This document shows positions 8,682 through 18,525 of a stretch of 64,000 bases of DNA, piece by piece. The stretch's first letter is position 1; every line of letters starts with the position of its first letter. Source of the DNA: Chloroflexota bacterium (GTDB taxonomy: Bacteria; Chloroflexota; Limnocylindria; P2-11E); the NCBI GenBank assembly GCA_005889405.1, contig VBFY01000061.1, forward strand, positions 64,769 to 128,768. Reading direction: 5' to 3'. Below the pieces are notes generated by a model. It did no database searches. It saw only the letters and a program-made list of their open reading frames with translations, and was not told where the DNA came from. The position numbers were made by a program, and so were the translations under genes.

Positions 8682-9970
8682 AAGACACGTCCGAACCCCC
8701 CGAGCGGGCATACCTGGTAGCGCTCGATCAGCCACGCGCACGCTTCGACGCGGACGACTCCCTCGACGAGCTCGCCTCGTTGGTCGAGGCCGCCGGCGGC
8801 GTGGTCGCGGGTCGCGCGGTGCAGCAGCGACGCGCACCCGACCCGAACACGTGGGTGGGGAAGGGCAAGGCCGCGGAGATCGTGACCGAGTGCGCGCGGC
8901 TCGGCGCGGAGCTGGTCGTCGCCGACGATGAGCTCGCGCCGCGGCAGCAGCGTGGGCTCGAGGAGCTCACGGGCCGCCGCGTGGTCGATCGTTCCGCCCT
9001 GATCCTCGACATCTTTGCCCGTCACGCGCGGACGAAGGAAGGACGCGTGCAGGTCGAGCTGGCCCAGCTCGAGTACCAGCTCCCACGGCTGCGTGGGATC
9101 TGGAAAGGTCTGTCGCGGCTCGGCGGCGGCATCGGGACCCGCGGGCCCGGCGAGTCGCTCCTCGAAACGGATCGGCGTGTGATCGAGCGGCGTCTCATCG
9201 ATCTCAGGGCGCGCCTCGCAGAGGTGCAGCGGCAGCGCGAGCGCAGCCGCCTGTCGCGCAGCCGCGACGGCCTCTTCCTCGCCGCGCTCGTGGGTTACAC
9301 GAACGTCGGCAAGTCGACGCTGCTCAACGCACTCGCCGGCGCGACCGTGCTCGTCGCGGACCAGCCGTTCGCCACGCTCGATCCGACAACGCGCCGCATG
9401 GCGCTGCCCGGCGGTGGCGCGCTGCTCGTGTCGGACACCGTCGGCTTCATCAACAAGCTCCCGCCGGCGCTCATCGCGGCCTTCCGCGCAACGCTCGAGG
9501 AGTTGAACGACGCCGATCTGCTCGTGCATGTGGTCGACGTCGGTCACCCGAATCTGCACGAGCGGATGATCGTGGTCCGCGAGACGCTCGCCTCGCTCGA
9601 CCTCGCCTCGCGCGAGAGCCTCTTCGTGTTCAACAAGGCCGATACGCTACGCGGCGCCGAGGGCGAGGCGCTGCGCGAGGCACTTGGCGCCGAATTCCCT
9701 GGGGCGGTGTTCGTGTCCGCGCAGACGGGTGAGGGAGTGGAGATGCTCCGCGACCGTCTCGCCGCCATTGCGGCCTCACGCTGGACGAAGGTGGATGTCA
9801 CCGTGCCCTACAACGAGGGCGGTCTCGTGCAGCGGGTACGTGAGCGCGGTTCGCTGCGGAACACGGAGTACAGCGAAGCCGGGATCCGCATCGAAGCGGA
9901 TGTGCCGGCCGATCTGGCGGCGGAGCTCACAGCGCGACGCACGCGCGAGGTCAGCTCCGGCCGACGATGA
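8678..9970 (+). CDS. hflX: GTPase HflX
   Basis: GTG overlaps the miaA TGA (GTGA). HflX N-domain LQLAQLEYQLPRL...GGGIGTRGPGE and G-domain GYTNVGKSTLLNAL...DTVGF. Confidence 0.9.
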   Translation: MKDTSEPPERAYLVALDQPRARFDADDSLDELASLVEAAGGVVAGRAVQQRRAPDPNTWVGKGKAAEIVTECARLGAELVVADDELAPRQQRGLEELTGRRVVDRSALILDIFARHARTKEGRVQVELAQLEYQLPRLRGIWKGLSRLGGGIGTRGPGESLLETDRRVIERRLIDLRARLAEVQRQRERSRLSRSRDGLFLAALVGYTNVGKSTLLNALAGATVLVADQPFATLDPTTRRMALPGGGALLVSDTVGFINKLPPALIAAFRATLEELNDADLLVHVVDVGHPNLHERMIVVRETLASLDLASRESLFVFNKADTLRGAEGEALREALGAEFPGAVFVSAQTGEGVEMLRDRLAAIAASRWTKVDVTVPYNEGGLVQRVRERGSLRNTEYSEAGIRIEADVPADLAAELTARRTREVSSGRR

Positions 9971-10805
9971 TCGGGAGGCTCTCGTCATTGCCCCATTCCT
10001 CCCAGCTGCCGTCATAGGTTCGAACGTCGTCGTGACCGAGTGTGGTGAGCACGAGATGCGTGAACGCCGCGCGCACGCCGGCCTGACAGTACGTCACGGC
10101 GGATGTCTCAGCGCCGAAGCCCGCGTTCGCGTACATCTCCTCGAGCTCGTCGGCGTCCTTCAGCATCCAATCGTCACGTAGCGCGTCCTTCCACAGGATG
10201 TTCACCGCGCCGGGAATGTGACCACCGCGCGCCGCGCGCTTCTCCTGACCGGTGAATTCGCTGTCGCGCCGTACGTCGAGCAGCCAGGGATCGCCGGTGC
10301 GCACCGCTGCGAAGACCTCGGCCTTCGTAGCGATCACGCCGTCACGTGGATGCGGAACGAATGTCGCGGGAGCGACCGTCGTCTCGCCCTTCTCGAGCGG
10401 GCGGGCCTCGGCGATCCATCTCTGGATGCCGCCTTCCATCACGGCCATCTTGTCGTGGCCGTAGCGGCGCAGCGCCAACCAGAGGCGCGCGGCGTGGTGG
10501 CCGCCCTCGGCGTCGTAGCCGACGACCGTCGTGTCGTTGCCGATGCCGAACCGGGACATCGTCCGCGCGAACGCGTCAGGCCCTTGGAGCATCCAGCGTG
10601 GATGGCCCGACGTGGGTGGGGGAGCGGACAGGTCGCGCGCCCAGTCGCAGTGCACCGCGCCCGGAAGATGGCCGCTGAGATACTCCGGGTGCGCGTCGCC
10701 TTCGAACACGAAGCGGCAATCCACGATGCGCACGTGAGGGTCCCGGAGCTTCGCGGCGGTCTGCTCGGTCGACCAAAACAGGTCCGGGCGCGCAAATGGG
10801 CTCAC
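9951..10805 (-). CDS. sseA: Two-domain rhodanese sulfurtransferase (thiosulfate / 3-mercaptopyruvate sulfurtransferase, SseA-like)
   Basis: Two rhodanese modules with active-site CQAGVRAA. GTG 10805 is chosen because the divergent gene starts at 10852. The 3' end overlaps the hflX 3' end (convergent). Confidence 0.8.
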   Translation of the reverse strand: MSPFARPDLFWSTEQTAAKLRDPHVRIVDCRFVFEGDAHPEYLSGHLPGAVHCDWARDLSAPPPTSGHPRWMLQGPDAFARTMSRFGIGNDTTVVGYDAEGGHHAARLWLALRRYGHDKMAVMEGGIQRWIAEARPLEKGETTVAPATFVPHPRDGVIATKAEVFAAVRTGDPWLLDVRRDSEFTGQEKRAARGGHIPGAVNILWKDALRDDWMLKDADELEEMYANAGFGAETSAVTYCQAGVRAAFTHLVLTTLGHDDVRTYDGSWEEWGNDESLPIIVGRS

Positions 10806-10851
10806 GGTGTCAGACTCTAGCCGCAGTCGACCCCGCGCTGAGGAGGACGAC

Positions 10852-12150
10852 ATGAACGCGCGCCGCTCCGCCACGCTGATCGTGACCCTTGCGCTGCTCT
10901 TCGCGGCGTTCGTGGGGAGCACCGGCCCCGCCGCCGCGGCGAGCAAAGGTGGCACCCCCTCGGCGAGCTTCGCGCGGCTGGATCTCGGATCCGGCACGTA
11001 TAGCGGCACCGCCGCAGGCCACGCGGGACTCACGCTTTCGGGTCGACTCACCTCGGGCACCTACACGGATCCCTTTCCGATCGGGAGTCCGCACGACCTC
11101 GCGTATCGCAGCGGCACGTGGATCTCCGATCCGGTGATAACGCCGTTCGCATTCGACGAGCTCGTCGCCTCGTGGAACGCGGCGACGCCGGAAGGCACCT
11201 GGATCAAGACCGAGCTGCAGGCGACAGGCAGCGGCCGCACGACGAAGTGGTACACGCTCGGGATCTGGGCGTCGGGCGACGGCACGATCCACCGGACCTC
11301 GGTGCCTGCCCAAGGCGACGCGGATGGCTTTGTCGCGATCGACACGTTCATCCGCTCGTCGAAGGCCGCGCCGCTGACCTCCTACCAGCTTCGCGTCACC
11401 CTCTACCGCGCGGACGAGGTCGCGGGCTCGCCGACACCCACCGTGCGCTTCGTCGGCGCGATGACGTCGGCAGCGTCGGACTTCACGATCCCCAGCGTGC
11501 CGCTGCTGCTCGGTGTCGAACAGGAGCTCGCCGTACCGCCGCTTTCACAGGAAGTCCACCGCGGTGAATTCACCGTGTACGACGGTGGCGGCGAGGCGTG
11601 GTGCAGCCCGACCTCGACGGCGATGGTGCTCGACTACTGGAAGCTCGCCGGCTACCCCAACAGTGGGCCCACCATCGCGCAGCTCAGCGCCTTCCCCGGG
11701 CCGTCGTACGCCGACGGTCAGGTCGACTATGCCGCGCGCTATGTCTACGACTACAACTACAAAGGCGCGGGCAATTGGCCGGACAACGCCGCCTACGCCG
11801 CGTCGTTCGCGGGGATGAACGGCTTCGTCACACGCCTGCGTTCGTTCCGCGAGGCCGAGCTCTTCATACGGGCCGGCATCCCCCTTGTCGCCTCGATCAA
11901 TGGCAAGCTGCCGGGCTTCCTGTTCAAGAAGACGAGCGGGCATCTCCTCGTGATCCGTGGCTTCACAAAAGCCGGTGACGTCATCACCAACGATCCCGCG
12001 GTGCTCTCCGATCCGGAGGCGCGCGTGATCTACGCGCGCGCCGATTTCGAGAACGTATGGCTCGGCGGGTCCGCCGGGATCGTCTACGTGATCTATCCGG
12101 ATGGCGTCTCGCTGCCACCGAGCGTCGAGGGCTTCGACAAGAACTGGTGA
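10852..12150 (+). CDS. Secreted protein: Sec signal peptide, ~250 aa unknown beta-rich domain, C-terminal C39-like (papain-fold) cysteine-peptidase domain; paralog A
   Basis: Strong RBS GAGGAGG before ATG 10852. Signal peptide MNARRSATLIVTLALLFAAFVGSTGPAAAA; Cys motif GGGEAWCSPTSTAMVLDYW; His region GHLLVIRGF...GDVITNDPA. Confidence 0.7.
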   Translation: MNARRSATLIVTLALLFAAFVGSTGPAAAASKGGTPSASFARLDLGSGTYSGTAAGHAGLTLSGRLTSGTYTDPFPIGSPHDLAYRSGTWISDPVITPFAFDELVASWNAATPEGTWIKTELQATGSGRTTKWYTLGIWASGDGTIHRTSVPAQGDADGFVAIDTFIRSSKAAPLTSYQLRVTLYRADEVAGSPTPTVRFVGAMTSAASDFTIPSVPLLLGVEQELAVPPLSQEVHRGEFTVYDGGGEAWCSPTSTAMVLDYWKLAGYPNSGPTIAQLSAFPGPSYADGQVDYAARYVYDYNYKGAGNWPDNAAYAASFAGMNGFVTRLRSFREAELFIRAGIPLVASINGKLPGFLFKKTSGHLLVIRGFTKAGDVITNDPAVLSDPEARVIYARADFENVWLGGSAGIVYVIYPDGVSLPPSVEGFDKNW

Positions 12151-12155
12151 CCGTG

Positions 12156-13466
12156 ATGCGCGGCCTGGCCCTGAGCGCGCTGCTCCTCGCGGCGTGCTCA
12201 AGTGGCCCACCCGCCGCGACTGCGTCGCCCGCGCCGAGTCAGGCCCCGAGCGTCGCGGTCAGCGCAGCACCAACTCTCCCGTCACCGCCAACCGAGCCGA
12301 CAACGGCCGCTGACGGGCTGCCGCGCAGCTTCACGCGCGTCGCCTTCGATGCGGGCACACACGACGGCACCGTGACCACCGACAAACGCCTGCAGCTCGG
12401 GCCGTCCCCCGCGAAGGGCGGCTACGTCGACCCGTACGGCGGGACGATCTCCGACGAGCGTGGTACGTGGACGTCTGCCGCGGTGCGGACGCCGTTCGCG
12501 TTCGATCGGCTCGTCGCCTCCTGGAACGCGACGACGCCCGCTGGCACGTGGATCGACGTGCTGATGCGCGCGAGTGGGGCGTCGCGCCAGACGAAGTGGT
12601 ACACGCTGGCCATCTGGTCGTCGGGCGACGAGACGATCCATCGCACCACGGTGAAGGGGCAGGGCGACGGTGACGGCCGCGTCAACGTCGACACCTTCGA
12701 GGCGGCCCCTCTCGCGGCAGAGCTCACCTCCTACGAGCTTCGCCTCATCCTTCACCGCGCGGCGGGCGTCACCGCGACCCCGAGCGTCGCACTTCTCGCG
12801 GCGGTGACATCGCGCGTCGCGCTGCCATCGCTGCCGAGCGCGTTCGGCGGCACCGCCCGCGATCTCGATGTCCCGATGCTGTCGCAGGAGACCCACACCG
12901 GCCACTATCCGGAGTACGACGGTGGTGGTGAAGCCTGGTGCAGCCCGACGTCGACCGCGATGGTGCTCGGCTTCTGGAAGAGCGGACCGAGCGCCACAGA
13001 TCTCGCGGCATTCCCAGGCGCGTCACATGGCGACGGTCAGGTCGATCACGCCGCGCGGTTCACGTACGACCGGAGCTACGAGGGTGCCGGCAACTGGCCG
13101 TTCAACACGGCCTACACGGCGCAGTACGGTCTCGAGGGATTCGTCACGCGCCTCCGGTCGCTGACCGAGGCGGAGCGCTTCATCGCCGCCGGCATCCCGC
13201 TCATCGCGTCGATCAACGGCGTCCTGCCCGGCTTCCTCTTCACCAGCACGAACGGGCACCTGCTCGTGATCCGCGGCTTCGACGCGAACGGCGACGTCAT
13301 CACCAACGATCCGGCTGTCCGAACGAACGCCCAAGCGCGCAAGGTCTACCCGCGGCTCGAGTTCGAGACCGTGTGGCTCCTCGGCTCGACCGGCACCGTG
13401 TACGTGATCCATCCGCTCGGTGTCGCATTGCCGCCGAACGTCCCCGGCCTTCCCGCGAACTGGTGA
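12156..13466 (+). CDS. Lipoprotein paralog B of the previous gene (~60-65 % identical over both domains)
   Basis: MRGLALSALLLAAC lipobox; GGGEAWCSPTSTAMVLGFW; GHLLVIRGFDANGDVITNDPA. GTG 12147 overlapping the upstream TGA is the alternative start. Confidence 0.7.
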   Translation: MRGLALSALLLAACSSGPPAATASPAPSQAPSVAVSAAPTLPSPPTEPTTAADGLPRSFTRVAFDAGTHDGTVTTDKRLQLGPSPAKGGYVDPYGGTISDERGTWTSAAVRTPFAFDRLVASWNATTPAGTWIDVLMRASGASRQTKWYTLAIWSSGDETIHRTTVKGQGDGDGRVNVDTFEAAPLAAELTSYELRLILHRAAGVTATPSVALLAAVTSRVALPSLPSAFGGTARDLDVPMLSQETHTGHYPEYDGGGEAWCSPTSTAMVLGFWKSGPSATDLAAFPGASHGDGQVDHAARFTYDRSYEGAGNWPFNTAYTAQYGLEGFVTRLRSLTEAERFIAAGIPLIASINGVLPGFLFTSTNGHLLVIRGFDANGDVITNDPAVRTNAQARKVYPRLEFETVWLLGSTGTVYVIHPLGVALPPNVPGLPANW

Positions 13467-13708
13467 TACGCGTTCGGCTGATGGCGCGTCCCGACTGCGG
13501 CCTGTGCGACGAGGCCATGACCGCGCTGCGGCGCCTCAGCCGCCGGACGCCTCTCGACATCGAACGTGTCGACGTCACGCGGGACGCCGCGCTTCTCGAG
13601 CGGTACGTCGTGCGTGTCCCGGTCCTCGTTGCTGGTGACGCGGAGCTCGATGTGGCCGGTATCGACGATGGCGCCATCGGCCGCTGGCTGGACGAGGTCG
13701 GAGATTGA
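13463..13708 (+). CDS. Small thioredoxin-fold protein (glutaredoxin-like, DUF836-like)
   Basis: CGLC dithiol motif after a beta-strand (IRVRLMARPDCGLCDEA), ~80 aa. GTG overlaps the TGA of the peptidase paralog (GTGA). Confidence 0.6.
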   Translation: MIRVRLMARPDCGLCDEAMTALRRLSRRTPLDIERVDVTRDAALLERYVVRVPVLVAGDAELDVAGIDDGAIGRWLDEVGD

Positions 13709-14461
13709 CCCCGACGACGCCGGCCGCCGTGCGGCGTTTCTTCGAGCGCCGCTATCGCGATGCCAGATCGCCTGAGCGCGCCGCGGCGGGCAAGGCGTAC
13801 CTGAAGAGCGACCTTCGCTTCTACGGGACCACCGTGCCGGAGATCCGACGGGCGGCGAATGACTTCGCGCGCGAGCATCGCGACCTCTCGCGCGCCGAGC
13901 TGCGCAGGATCGTCGACGAGCTGTGGTCGACCGATGTCTACGAGCTCCGGTCGGCCGGGATCGCGCTGCTCTCGCGCCACGCGGACCTGCTCGAGGAGCG
14001 CGACCTTCCGTGGCTCCTCGGCTTCGTGCGCCGCTCGAAGACCTGGGCGCACGTCGACTGGCTTGCTGCGGATGTGATCGGCGGCGTGGTGGGCGAGTCG
14101 CGCAGCGCCCTCCGGCGGCTGCCCGCGTGGGCGCGCGACGAGAACTTCTGGGTCCGCCGCACGGCGCTCCTCGCACAGCTGCGCCAGCTGAGTCATGAAG
14201 CAGGTGACTTCGCGCTATTCGCGCGCCTCGCCTCGCCGATGCTGCACGAGCGTGAGTTCTTCATCCGCAAAGCGTTAGGTGAGCAAGAAACGGCCGGAGC
14301 TGGTCTTCGAGTTCCTGCGCGAGCACCGCGGTGAGGTGTCCGGTCTCACGCTCAGCGAGGGAGCGAAGTACCTTCCGGCGAGGAAGCGCCGCGCGCTGGG
14401 CTTGCCGCCGAAGGCCGCGTGGATCGACCGTGAGCGCCGCCGGAAGGCCTCAGGCGCGTAA
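13705..14461 (+). pseudogene. DNA alkylation repair enzyme (AlkD-like HEAT-repeat glycosylase) disrupted by an internal frameshift/deletion near 14270
   Basis: Frame 1 reads ...REFFIRKALG, then diverges. The conserved C-terminus SKKRPELVFEFLREHRGEVSGLTLSEGAKYLP continues in frame 2 (ORF 14279..14461). The expected W.LRE segment is missing. Confidence 0.6.
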
Positions 14462-14482
14462 GTTCACAAGGACCAGTGCGGT

Positions 14483-15589
14483 CTAACGATCGCCAGGAAA
14501 GACCAGGTAGCTGAGCAGCACCCCGAGGATTCCGGTGAGGACGATCGTGCCCGTCACATCCGGCACTCCCCACCACACCCCGCCCTGGTACCCAAGCGCA
14601 GTCAAGAAATAGCCCGTCGTGAATACCATCGGGACCGCGGCCGCGAAAATGCGGATCGCGAGCGGTCGCGTCGCCGCAGGGCGGAGACGCAGCAACAATG
14701 CATCGCCGACGACGCCGGCGACGATGGCGTAGCCCAGCAGCGGCCAGAGCGCCAGAAGATTGCCCCGCGTGAGGAGCATGACGAGCGCATTGAGCCCGAG
14801 CACGACGGTCATGTCGCCCGGCCGCAACGAATCCCGCCGCAGCACAACAAGCACCGGGCCCATCACGAGGCCGGACTGCAGTAGGAGACCGAAGATTCCG
14901 CGTATCTCCTGCCACGCGATCACGCGCGAGAGCGTGAGATCTGATCCATCACGCAGCGAGCCGGTAAGCCAGATGGGCTCGGAGCCAGCGCTGACCGACA
15001 GCCCAGCGAACGGACTCGCGTACTGGGTCATGAAGGTGAGAAGGGTCACAAGTCCCGCGAGTGACACGACCGCCGTCAGGTGCCGCGACCAGGACTCGTC
15101 GCTCGCGCGGAACCATGCGGCTCGCAGCGGCCCGGTGATGATGAGAGTGCCACCGATAGCCAGCCCCAGATGTGTGGGGCTGAGGAGGGTCCCGACGTCC
15201 ACCTCGATGCCGAAGACGATGTGCCAGACCATGTCCAGCAGGCCTGCGACCCCGAAGATGACGACGCCCACGAGTGCCGCGTCATAGCCACGCGGTAGCA
15301 CGCCACGCCACGTGAGATCTGGAGTGCGGTTCCGCGCGACGGTCACGGCGAGTACGGCCGACGTCGCGAGGTAGCCGGAATAGAGGATCGCGTGCCACGG
15401 CGTAAAGAAGGTGTCGATGAGTGGCCGGATGGTGTTGTGCGCCCATCCGTCGATCGCCACCCCGGCGACCAGCCACACGGCCCCGGCGAGCATGATCCAG
15501 TCGAACCGCGCGTCGCTCGAGACGCTAACGGATCGGGATCGTAGACCGACGGACGCAGCGCTCATGATGGTTCGCACAGCATCGTCCAC
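14483..15589 (-). CDS. Polytopic integral membrane protein (10+ helices), unknown function; last gene of the two-component operon
   Basis: Continuous hydrophobic-helix-rich ORF with coding-like codon usage, 78 nt downstream of the response regulator. Confidence 0.5.
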   Translation of the reverse strand: MDDAVRTIMSAASVGLRSRSVSVSSDARFDWIMLAGAVWLVAGVAIDGWAHNTIRPLIDTFFTPWHAILYSGYLATSAVLAVTVARNRTPDLTWRGVLPRGYDAALVGVVIFGVAGLLDMVWHIVFGIEVDVGTLLSPTHLGLAIGGTLIITGPLRAAWFRASDESWSRHLTAVVSLAGLVTLLTFMTQYASPFAGLSVSAGSEPIWLTGSLRDGSDLTLSRVIAWQEIRGIFGLLLQSGLVMGPVLVVLRRDSLRPGDMTVVLGLNALVMLLTRGNLLALWPLLGYAIVAGVVGDALLLRLRPAATRPLAIRIFAAAVPMVFTTGYFLTALGYQGGVWWGVPDVTGTIVLTGILGVLLSYLVFPGDR

Positions 15590-15667
15590 CTCGTGTCAAT
15601 GTCTGCCTCACTCCGAACACGCGGACCGTATTCGGCCTCACTGAAGATGCTCCGCACGAACGGCCCG

Positions 15668-16312
15668 TCATGCGCGCAGGTACGTGAGCACTGCGAGGAC
15701 CCGGCGATGATCTTCGTCCGCGGGCTCGAGCTGCAGCTTCTGGAAGATGCTGTGGACGTGACCCTCGACGGTCTTGGGACTGAGCGAAAGCGCGTCACCG
15801 ATCGCGGAGTTCGAGCGTCCCTCCGCCATGAGCTTCAGCACCTCGCGTTCGCGCTCGGTGAGGTCGCCGACGAGGTCCCGATGTCGACGGCGGACCACCA
15901 GCTGCGCGACCACCTCCGGATCGATGGCCGATCCACCCGAGGCCACGCGTCGCACGGTCTCGACGAAATCGTGCACGTCGGAGACCCGGTCCTTGAGCAG
16001 GTAGCCGATCCGATCGGCGCCGCGCTCGAGCAACCGGAGCGCGTGCGTGGTCTCGACGTATTGCGAGAGCAGGAGGACGGCGACGCTGGGATGGCGCTCC
16101 CTGATCGTCGCCGCGGTCTGAAGTCCTTCGGTCGTGTTCGTGGGTGGCATGCGGATGTCGGTGATCACGATGTCGGGCGGGTCCGCGTCGACGAGATCGA
16201 GCAGCTGCGTGCCGTTCCCCGCGCGGCCGATCACCTCGAAGCCGGCACCCTCGAGTAAGCGCGCGAGGCCCTCGCGGAAGAGCACCGAGTCGTCGGCGAT
16301 CGTCACCCGCAC
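15668..16312 (-). CDS. NarL/LuxR-family response regulator (REC + HTH_LuxR)
   Basis: DDSVLFREGLARLL...DIVITDIRMP receiver; LTEREREVLKLMAEGRSNSAIGDALSLSPKTVEGHV HTH. The start overlaps the kinase stop. Confidence 0.9.
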   Translation of the reverse strand: MRVTIADDSVLFREGLARLLEGAGFEVIGRAGNGTQLLDLVDADPPDIVITDIRMPPTNTTEGLQTAATIRERHPSVAVLLLSQYVETTHALRLLERGADRIGYLLKDRVSDVHDFVETVRRVASGGSAIDPEVVAQLVVRRRHRDLVGDLTEREREVLKLMAEGRSNSAIGDALSLSPKTVEGHVHSIFQKLQLEPADEDHRRVLAVLTYLRA

Positions 16313-18525
16313 GGGAGCTCGGCCCGGACGACGGTGCCGTGGCCGCCTGGACTCTCCACGTTGAGGCTGCCGCCGATGGCCGCGGTGCGGTCCCGTAGTC
16401 CGACGAGACCGGATCCGCGGCGCGAGTCGACACCACCGACGCCATCGTCGCTGACCTCGACGCGGAGGCGGCCGGCCTCCTCCTCGATCCGGATCTTGAT
16501 CGACGATGCGTGCGAATGCTTCGCCGCGTTCGCCAGAGCCTCCGCGACCACGAAGTAAGCCGTGACCTCGACCGGCTCGGCGTAACGACGATCGGGAACG
16601 CCGACCACCGACGTTTCGATCGGCGAGCGGTCGGCGAGCGATGCGACCGCGGCATGGAGCCCGGACTCGGTCAAGAGCGGGGGATGGATACCGCGAGCCA
16701 GGTCGCGCAATTCCGAGAGTCCGGCCTGCATCTCGCGGGCGGCATGCTGGAGCAGATCGGACGTCTCCGACATTGGACCCGCGATGGCCTGTGCCATCCC
16801 CACGTTGAGCATGGCATTCACGAATCGCTGCTGCGCTCCGTCGTGCAGGTCGCGTTCGATCCGCCGGCGCTCCTCATCTTGTGCGGCGATGATCCGCGCG
16901 CGCGATTCGCGCAGCTCCTCGAACAGCCGGAACCGGCCGAACACCAGCCCGGCCTGCGACGCGAGGTCGCTCACAAGGCGAACCTCCATCGGTGTGAGGT
17001 GTTCGCCGCGCGGCTTTCGCACCACAAGCGCGCCGAGCTGCTCGTTCTCGTGGAATACCGGCACGACGGTGCCGGTCGGTCCGGCACGTGCGGCGATGTC
17101 GTTGGGATCGGCGAGCGTTTCCGCAGCCGGAGAGGCAGGCGACGCTGCGGCGAGCCGCAACCTCTCTCCGACCCTCACCCAGACCTCGACGAGCGCCGCT
17201 CCGGCACCGTCGCGCACGAGCTGTGCCATGCGCGGCAGTAGCACGTCGGCCGATTCCGACTGGCCCACGCTGCGCGCGAAGTCAGACAGGATTTCGTACG
17301 GATTCGCTCGCTTGCCGTAGACGGCGAGATTGGCGAAGGCATTGAGCCGAGCGCGCACCGGCTCGAGGAGCAACGCGATGACCGCGATCGCGATCAGAGT
17401 GACGACGGGACCCATGCCTGCGGTCTCTCCGACGAGGTTGCCGACGGCCGCGACGGTCACGCCGTAGCAAAGCGTCACGAACGCAGCGATCCCCGCGTAC
17501 ATGATCGTCCGGCTGATGACGAGGTCGATGTCGTAGAGGCGGTAGCGCATGATCGCGATCCCGACCGTCAGCGGCATCAGCAATCCGAGACTGACGTTGA
17601 AGACCTGGTCCGCCCACAGGGCGATGGGATGCAGGACATCCGCGACCTCCTGTCGAACGGGAGGGCGATCCGCGAACAGGATCGCCGCGAACCAGTCGCT
17701 GCGATTCACAAGGAACGCGATGGCCGCGAACGTCACCGCATACGCGAACCACTTCAGCTGCAATCTCGCTTCGCCAGACGCAGATCGCAGCCGCAGTAGG
17801 ACGGCTGCTCCGACGAGGACCGCGAGGATGTTGTTGCCCCAGAACAAAGCGGTCCCGGGCACGAACGGGAACATGTCCTGACGTAGCCACCCGAGCGCCT
17901 GCCCCAACGCGCGCCAGTCCGGGAGGCTGGTGACCGGAACTCCTTGCCTCCCTGCGTAGCCGATGATCATGAAGTAGGGACTATCCGTATTCAGCGCGAC
18001 ATCGCCCAGCTGAAGCAGGACGAGAAGGACGATCGCCACCGCCCACCGCGCCGACCGCAGACGCCCATCCGGAAAGAGGAGGACCGCGGAGACGGCGCAG
18101 GTGAGCAACAGCACTCCAGCGAAGAGCTGATAGCGAGCTGCCGTGTCCGCGAGCGGCAGTGAATCGGGCACCACGTTGAGGCCGTGGATCGCGTACTGGA
18201 CCGTGAAGTTGTTGAGCGCGTATGCGACAGCGAATGCAGCGAAGGTCCACGTGAACGCATTCCGTGGTTGCCTCCAAACGATCAGCCCGGCGATGGCGCA
18301 CGCCACCACCGTCGAGAGCGTTGCGAGCCCGAGCCGGAGCACATACGTCCACTCGAGTGACAACCCGGGAAGCGTGGAGCCATCGAGCTGCTTCCATGGA
18401 AGACTCTCGTGATCGACGATCGCAAGCGACAGCGTCGCGATCGCGAGAGTGGCTCCGCCCGTGGCGATCGCCAGTCCCGCGACGGCCTGTCGACGGGTCG
18501 GCATCGCGTCGCTGGTGGCGGTCAT
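16303..18525 (-). CDS. Sensor histidine kinase: ~400 aa multi-helix membrane domain + GAF-like region + HisKA_3 + HATPase_c
   Basis: ERRRIERDLHDGAQQRFV (HisKA_3), AEALANAAKHSHA...GSGLVGLRDR. ATG 18525 forms an ATGA overlap with the upstream lipoprotein gene. Confidence 0.85.
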   Translation of the reverse strand: MTATSDAMPTRRQAVAGLAIATGGATLAIATLSLAIVDHESLPWKQLDGSTLPGLSLEWTYVLRLGLATLSTVVACAIAGLIVWRQPRNAFTWTFAAFAVAYALNNFTVQYAIHGLNVVPDSLPLADTAARYQLFAGVLLLTCAVSAVLLFPDGRLRSARWAVAIVLLVLLQLGDVALNTDSPYFMIIGYAGRQGVPVTSLPDWRALGQALGWLRQDMFPFVPGTALFWGNNILAVLVGAAVLLRLRSASGEARLQLKWFAYAVTFAAIAFLVNRSDWFAAILFADRPPVRQEVADVLHPIALWADQVFNVSLGLLMPLTVGIAIMRYRLYDIDLVISRTIMYAGIAAFVTLCYGVTVAAVGNLVGETAGMGPVVTLIAIAVIALLLEPVRARLNAFANLAVYGKRANPYEILSDFARSVGQSESADVLLPRMAQLVRDGAGAALVEVWVRVGERLRLAAASPASPAAETLADPNDIAARAGPTGTVVPVFHENEQLGALVVRKPRGEHLTPMEVRLVSDLASQAGLVFGRFRLFEELRESRARIIAAQDEERRRIERDLHDGAQQRFVNAMLNVGMAQAIAGPMSETSDLLQHAAREMQAGLSELRDLARGIHPPLLTESGLHAAVASLADRSPIETSVVGVPDRRYAEPVEVTAYFVVAEALANAAKHSHASSIKIRIEEEAGRLRVEVSDDGVGGVDSRRGSGLVGLRDRTAAIGGSLNVESPGGHGTVVRAELPCG

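Noticed and set aside
12938-13708. 256-aa plus ORF
   Set aside because: Only the last 81 codons (from GTG 13463) are a plausible gene (CxxC thioredoxin-fold). The upstream part is an alternative frame of the C39-like gene.
16510-17320. Plus-strand ORFs inside the histidine kinase locus
   Set aside because: Antisense to the kinase, with no domains and R/S-rich sequence.
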